This document shows, one piece after another, positions 37,538-41,891 of a stretch of 41,891 nucleotides of DNA (its first letter is position 1; each line of letters starts with the position of its first letter). Under the pieces are notes generated by a model. The model was given only the letters and a program-made list of their open reading frames with translations, made no database searches and had not been told where the DNA came from. The position numbers and the translations under genes are program-made. The stretch is taken from IMG/VR virus record IMGVR_UViG_3300012919_000015, positions 1-41,891 of that record. One strand, written 5' to 3'. The stretch is from a virus. Lineage: Duplodnaviria; Caudoviricetes.

Positions 37538-38029
37538 ATGTATCACAGGTATTACCTTAAAAAAAAACCAAGAAAGACTCCTGTATTTACTGTAACTGAA
37601 AGACAGTTTACATTCTTAAAAAACTGGAGGATAGTAAGATATTATATTCAAAAGAAATATGATCTAACTCTTTCTGAGCTAGATATGCTTTTATTTCTTT
37701 ATGATGAAAATGTATTTGATAAGAAAACATTTAACTCTTTTGCAAACTGTATGTCTTGGGACAGATCAAGATTTAGTAATATGAATGACAGGGGGTTAAT
37801 AAGAATGTGGAGAAAAGGAAAGGTAGCAACTCACAAGGAATTATACGAACTAACACATAAATCCAAAATCATATGTTCTCATACATACAAAAAACTTGTG
37901 GGTATAGAACTTATCCCTGAGGACCCTTACAAAAATAAAATCATGAGGGGCGAAAGTTATACAGATAAGATATATAGGTCTTTAATTAAGAAGATGAATG
38001 CAAAAACTACAAATGATTCTCGTACCTAG
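37538..38029 (+). CDS. Putative winged-helix (MarR-like) DNA-binding protein
   Basis: YDLTLSELDMLLFLYD...M..RGLI.......YELT.K; the only plus-strand gene inside the late module. Confidence 0.55.
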   Translation: MYHRYYLKKKPRKTPVFTVTERQFTFLKNWRIVRYYIQKKYDLTLSELDMLLFLYDENVFDKKTFNSFANCMSWDRSRFSNMNDRGLIRMWRKGKVATHKELYELTHKSKIICSHTYKKLVGIELIPEDPYKNKIMRGESYTDKIYRSLIKKMNAKTTNDSRT

Positions 38030-38747
38030 ATAAAGCTTCTTTAAGTATAGAGTAGTCCCTAATTTTTGTAAGATCTTTTAAGTATCTCATTTTCAGGCCC
38101 TCTCCTTCAGAAGACAACACATCTATCCACTCAATAGCTTTTGATATTTTATTTTCTCTTCTTGTTGTTATATTATTATTTGACATAATTGATTTGATTT
38201 CACTATCTATTAATCTTGATATTGTTCTTTGACTACAGCCAATGTGGTCAGACAAAGTTTCTTGTGTTGCAATTATCTTTGCTCGATATAAAGAGTCAAG
38301 AGCTCTTAGTACATCTTCTTTTGTAAAAGAGACTCCTTTGCTCAAAAGTTGTGCAGTTATACTAAGCTTCTCTTCTTTAGAAATTATTTTTTCTGGGTTG
38401 AAAACTACTCTCCTCTTTCTTCTACACCAGGGAGTGACTCTTTCGTTGTAAACCTTGTTGGTCATATCCGTAACTCTTGCACTTCCATATGTTCTAATAG
38501 TCTTTCCATTTTCTCTATGAGACAAAAAAACAAACATCCCGGTAAATAAGTTATTTGATATGTCAGGATTCAAGTGCAAAAATATTTCTGCATAATACTC
38601 TAATTGATCAAAAGACTGTATTCTGCCATACAAATCTTCTAAGTCAAAATGAAGGCATGGCTCATTGTACCAAACAAAATCCATTCCTTGAAATTCGTGT
38701 TTGGTAATTAGAGATAAACTATCGTCTGGTAAATCAAAAAGCTTCAC
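38007..38747 (-). CDS. HTH-containing protein (246 aa)
   Basis: TQETLSDHIGCSQRTISRLI is a classic HTH; ATGA-type coupling to groES. Confidence 0.65.
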   Translation of the reverse strand: MKLFDLPDDSLSLITKHEFQGMDFVWYNEPCLHFDLEDLYGRIQSFDQLEYYAEIFLHLNPDISNNLFTGMFVFLSHRENGKTIRTYGSARVTDMTNKVYNERVTPWCRRKRRVVFNPEKIISKEEKLSITAQLLSKGVSFTKEDVLRALDSLYRAKIIATQETLSDHIGCSQRTISRLIDSEIKSIMSNNNITTRRENKISKAIEWIDVLSSEGEGLKMRYLKDLTKIRDYSILKEALSRYENHL

Positions 38748-39001
38748 AGAACAATAACTACATTCCTATCATGAACTACAGCAAGTTTTTCTCCATCTAT
38801 TCTAATATCAGAGCTGGCTGCAGAATCATAAAAAACGGAAGCCCCTACGTCTAGGTCCTTAACGTCATCACCGGCACTCACAACTTCCGCAAGCTTGTAT
38901 CTAATATCTTTTTCGTTAGCCTCTGTCATAATAAGGCCCATAGAGTTTTTTACCTCCTCTTGTTGTTTTCTTAGTATTACATATGATCCTATTGCTCTCA
39001 T
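38744..39001 (-). CDS. groES: Co-chaperonin GroES
   Basis: MRAIGSYVIL...GLIM (mobile loop)...AEVVSAG...VG..V...IDGEKL; directly downstream of groEL. Confidence 0.9.
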   Translation of the reverse strand: MRAIGSYVILRKQQEEVKNSMGLIMTEANEKDIRYKLAEVVSAGDDVKDLDVGASVFYDSAASSDIRIDGEKLAVVHDRNVVIVL

Positions 39002-40590
39002 GCTCTTTTATTAGATATTACACAGTTTGTTTGTAAGATTGTGGTGGCAACTGATACAGCATTCTTCAATGCATTCTTAGTAACCTTCAAAGGATCAATG
39101 ATCCCTATAGTATATAGATTACCAAACCTGCCTTTTTTTACATCATATCCATTTGTAAATCTTCCAGAGTCAACCATTTGATCTTCTATCTTTTTTACCT
39201 TAACTCCTGCATTAAGCAAAATAGTTTTCATAGGCTCCATCAATGACATTTGTAATATTCTGGCCCCTGCTCTTATCTCTTTAGTTTTACCACGAAGGAC
39301 TTGTCCATTTAATTTTGACACTGCATTGTAAAGAGCAACCCCTCCTCCTGGAAGTATTCCTTCTTCAAGTGCTGCCTTAGTAGCAGAAACAGCATCCTCT
39401 ACTCTATCCTTTTTCTCTTTCATTTCTATCTCGGTAGATGCGCCAACAAATATTGCTGCTATTCCTCCTGATAATCTAGATAGTCGATCCTTATAGTGCC
39501 AATCATTATCAACATCTTCTTTATTTTTCAAAATGGATTTTACTCGCTCCGCTTGTGCCTTAACTGCGTCAGCAGTTTTTTTTAAATTTAGGGTTAATAT
39601 AGTCTCTTTATTTGTGGACACCGACTTTTTGGCTTCGCCAAGAAACTCAGCTGTCACACCATTCCAGTCATTTCCTGTGTCATCTGATACTACAACGGCT
39701 CCAGTCATAACTGCTAAATCTTCTAAAAGCTCAAATCTGTTTAGACCTACTCCCTCTGGGGACAATACATTTACCTGAAGTACCCCTCTTGACTTGTTTA
39801 CATTCAAAGTATTCATAACTGCAGTCTCTACCTCAGATATAATCAGGAGAGGTTTTTTGGACCCCATTGCATATTTCAGGGGAACTTCAATATCTTCTAT
39901 AGTATTTACCTTTTTATCTGAAACTAATACATAGGGGTTTTCTAATACACATTGGTTTTTTTCTTTGTCTGTTATCATATAAGGAGACTTGAATCCTCTT
40001 TTTATTCTTGTTCCCTCAACTATATCAACATAAGTATTGGACCCCATAGACTCTTCAATAGTAACCACGCCGTCTACACCCACCTTATCATAAGCCTGGG
40101 CAATAATCTTTCCAAGATCATAATCATTATTTGCAGATATTGACGCTACGCTTTCTAAAGAATCTTTGTCCACTGGCTTTGATTTGCTATCAAGAAAGGA
40201 GGTAATTAAATCACAGGACCCCTCTATTGCTTTTCTAAGTCCTGTAACATTTAAAGAACTATCCTCTTCAATAGCACTTAAAGAGTTATTCACTATAGCA
40301 CGAGCCAATACAATAGATGTAGTAGTACCATATCCAGCTTCATCTGCAGTTTTTATTGAAGCCTGCTTTACTACCTCAGCAGCTAAATGCTCTACCGGAT
40401 CTGATAAATTTACATACCTAGCCACTGTCACGCCATCTTTGGTGATCTGTGGCCTTCCTAAATCATCTTCTAAAATTACTGTAGTACCTGCAGCTCCTAA
40501 TGTAGAACTAACTGCATCCGCTATTTTGTTTATGCCAGACCTTAATTTGTGTTTCGCATCTTGATTAAAGTCTATTTCCTTTTCTATCAT
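38998..40590 (-). CDS. groEL: Chaperonin GroEL (phage-encoded)
   Basis: ITKDGVTVA, ISANND, EMKEKKDRVEDA, EEGILPGGG, GIIDPLKVT; no GGM tail; GDGTTT reads GYGTTT. Confidence 0.97.
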   Translation of the reverse strand: MIEKEIDFNQDAKHKLRSGINKIADAVSSTLGAAGTTVILEDDLGRPQITKDGVTVARYVNLSDPVEHLAAEVVKQASIKTADEAGYGTTTSIVLARAIVNNSLSAIEEDSSLNVTGLRKAIEGSCDLITSFLDSKSKPVDKDSLESVASISANNDYDLGKIIAQAYDKVGVDGVVTIEESMGSNTYVDIVEGTRIKRGFKSPYMITDKEKNQCVLENPYVLVSDKKVNTIEDIEVPLKYAMGSKKPLLIISEVETAVMNTLNVNKSRGVLQVNVLSPEGVGLNRFELLEDLAVMTGAVVVSDDTGNDWNGVTAEFLGEAKKSVSTNKETILTLNLKKTADAVKAQAERVKSILKNKEDVDNDWHYKDRLSRLSGGIAAIFVGASTEIEMKEKKDRVEDAVSATKAALEEGILPGGGVALYNAVSKLNGQVLRGKTKEIRAGARILQMSLMEPMKTILLNAGVKVKKIEDQMVDSGRFTNGYDVKKGRFGNLYTIGIIDPLKVTKNALKNAVSVATTILQTNCVISNKRA

Positions 40591-40615
40591 GTTATATTAG
40601 ATTAAATTAATGCAC

Positions 40616-40623
40616 CAAATATA
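40616..40623 (-). promoter_or_regulatory. Bacteroidetes -7 element TATATTTG upstream of groEL
   Basis: Exact intergenic match; a second copy lies at 40880-40887. Confidence 0.6.
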
Positions 40624-40639
40624 ACACTTATTGAGGGTT

Positions 40640-40783
40640 TTACCACATAAACTCTATAGAAAATAACAAAAGATGTAAAGTAATTCCATCAACTACAACT
40701 TTATCCTCTACCGTAAGACTAGTGATAGCCTCCATCCCAACCATCATCGCATAAGGTGGCTGTACAATAAATCTAATATCCAT
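40640..40783 (-). CDS. Small hypothetical protein (47 aa; start MDIRF)
   Basis: Beta-strand-like pattern ending LHLLLFSIEFMW. Confidence 0.5.
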   Translation of the reverse strand: MDIRFIVQPPYAMMVGMEAITSLTVEDKVVVDGITLHLLLFSIEFMW

Positions 40784-40889
40784 AATGATCTCATTTAAAA
40801 AGAAAGGATTCAAGAATAACCTCAAACCCTTTCAATCACAATTCACAAAAACCCCAAGTAATATTCATTACCCTAAAAACAAATATATA

Positions 40890-41383
40890 AATAATATTTT
40901 GTGTGGCAAAAAAGTACGCCAAATAACTGCACACCATTATATATAGTTAGGTAACTGTCGTAAAAAATTGCCACGGTAGATATGTTGAGTGTTTGGGTTA
41001 CTATACAATACAAAATCAACGACTGCCGACCAAATCCAAAACTTTTGACCCACCCCCCACAGAAAAAACGAAGTCATAAAAAAATTTTTGTCGTTTGTGT
41101 GTGCGACCCAGAGACAAAAAAAGTAGTTTTCATCTAAAGAGACCCGAACCAATCCCACCCATTCCACGATTTACGACCAAAACAAAACACCCCAAAAACA
41201 AAAAAAAATAGTGGAGTTGTAACCCTCGTATATAATTGTAAATCAATAAGTTAAAAATAAAAAGTAAAAAAAATCATTGTCGACAATAAAAAAAATTTGG
41301 ATATTAAAAAAATACTTTATAATATAGCAGTTCAAAAGGTCAGGGGATGACCTACAAAAGAAGTCTAATTTAAATTAATAACA
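40890..41383. other. Non-coding strand-switch region (candidate genome terminus, packaging site or origin)
   Basis: No credible ORF; A-tracts and C-tracts with strong skew; separates divergent late and early modules. Confidence 0.55.
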
Positions 41384-41719
41384 ATGGAAAAAAATATTTA
41401 CACTTCAAACCATTCAATACAAAACCACATTAACCAAGTAGTCATTCCTGGCATATATGAGACCCTGGTGGATGATTACGGATACACAAGCGAGAAGTAT
41501 CAAGGAAATGCTTTGGATGACGTCCACGAAATTATTGACGGACTTGAGGAAGTTATTTACACTTACCAAGCCCGAAAGATTGCCGAGGCTTTTGAACTTT
41601 GCCCGTTTGAATCAATAGACGAATTAACAGGGGAAAAATTCACGAGCTGGTCGCAAATGGCATACAATGTAATTTATGACGGGTTTATGAATAAATACGA
41701 TTATCAACTTGAATACTAA
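41384..41719 (+). CDS. Acidic early protein, Ocr-like anti-restriction candidate
   Basis: 111 aa with 20 D/E against 6 K/R; DDVHEIIDG...VIYTYQA...QMAYNVIYD; first gene after the switch. Confidence 0.5.
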   Translation: MEKNIYTSNHSIQNHINQVVIPGIYETLVDDYGYTSEKYQGNALDDVHEIIDGLEEVIYTYQARKIAEAFELCPFESIDELTGEKFTSWSQMAYNVIYDGFMNKYDYQLEY

Positions 41720-41731
41720 TTTAAAACAGAT

Positions 41732-41759
41732 GACGCACTTTAACGGGTGCGTCTTTTTT
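41732..41759 (+). terminator. Rho-independent terminator
   Basis: GACGCAC-tttaacgg-GTGCGTC followed by TTTTTT. Confidence 0.8.
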
Positions 41760-41779
41760 ATTAATCTTAATTTAAAATT

Positions 41780-41891
41780 ATGGAATTTCAAAAATTTGTA
41801 AAACTTGACAACTACTTAAGAATGTATGCGGGCGGGCATATAGACGAACGCTATTATTTTTTAAGGAATGCAACTGAAGAACAACAAAAAG
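41780..41891 (+). CDS. Early hypothetical protein, truncated by the window end
   Basis: ATG after an AT-rich leader (MEFQKFVKLDNYL...); open to the end. Confidence 0.55.
   Translation, partial: MEFQKFVKLDNYLRMYAGGHIDERYYFLRNATEEQQK

Noticed and set aside
40937-41167. 76-aa minus-strand ORF
   Set aside because: Phe/Trp/Val-rich translation of A- and C-tracts in a low-complexity non-coding region.
1-41891. Stop-codon reassignment as in some crAss-like phages
   Set aside because: Core genes are full length in the standard code, and TAG and TGA end genes at sensible, tightly packed positions.
1-41891. tRNA, rRNA, integrase or IS elements
   Set aside because: None recognisable; intergenic gaps are short and lack cloverleaf motifs.

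Overview
A 41.9-kb, AT-rich fragment of a tailed dsDNA phage genome, most likely a podovirus-type phage of marine Flavobacteria (Bacteroidota). The host call rests on repeated Bacteroidetes sigma70 -7 boxes (TAnnTTTG) and AT-rich leaders without Shine-Dalgarno sites. The crAss-like or Cellulophaga-phage-like affinity is inferred from gene order. Nearly the whole window is a minus-strand late module. Read in transcription order it encodes GroEL, GroES, an HTH protein, a cluster of tiny basic proteins, holin-like proteins and an M15A endolysin, a modular tail-fibre locus, a GroES-like protein, a small membrane protein and lipoprotein, TerS/TerL, portal, scaffold, major capsid protein, two ring/adaptor proteins, a split tail stabilisation (muzzle) gene, a GNAT-like protein and ejection proteins. 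One wHTH-like gene lies on the plus strand. After a ~550-bp non-coding strand switch, plus-strand early genes begin, the first being an acidic Ocr-like protein. The strongest candidates for novelty are: (1) a muzzle gene split in two, with the first part extended by 18 TSP3-like Ca-binding repeats and an adhesin-like tail, and a small Cys-containing module apparently divided across the split; (2) a possible plug-and-socket branched fibre system, with three repeated hub domains matching three genes that share an N-terminal peptide, plus three paralogous tip genes; (3) a GroEL with GDGTTT changed to GYGTTT. All family assignments come from motif recognition and synteny; no searches were run.
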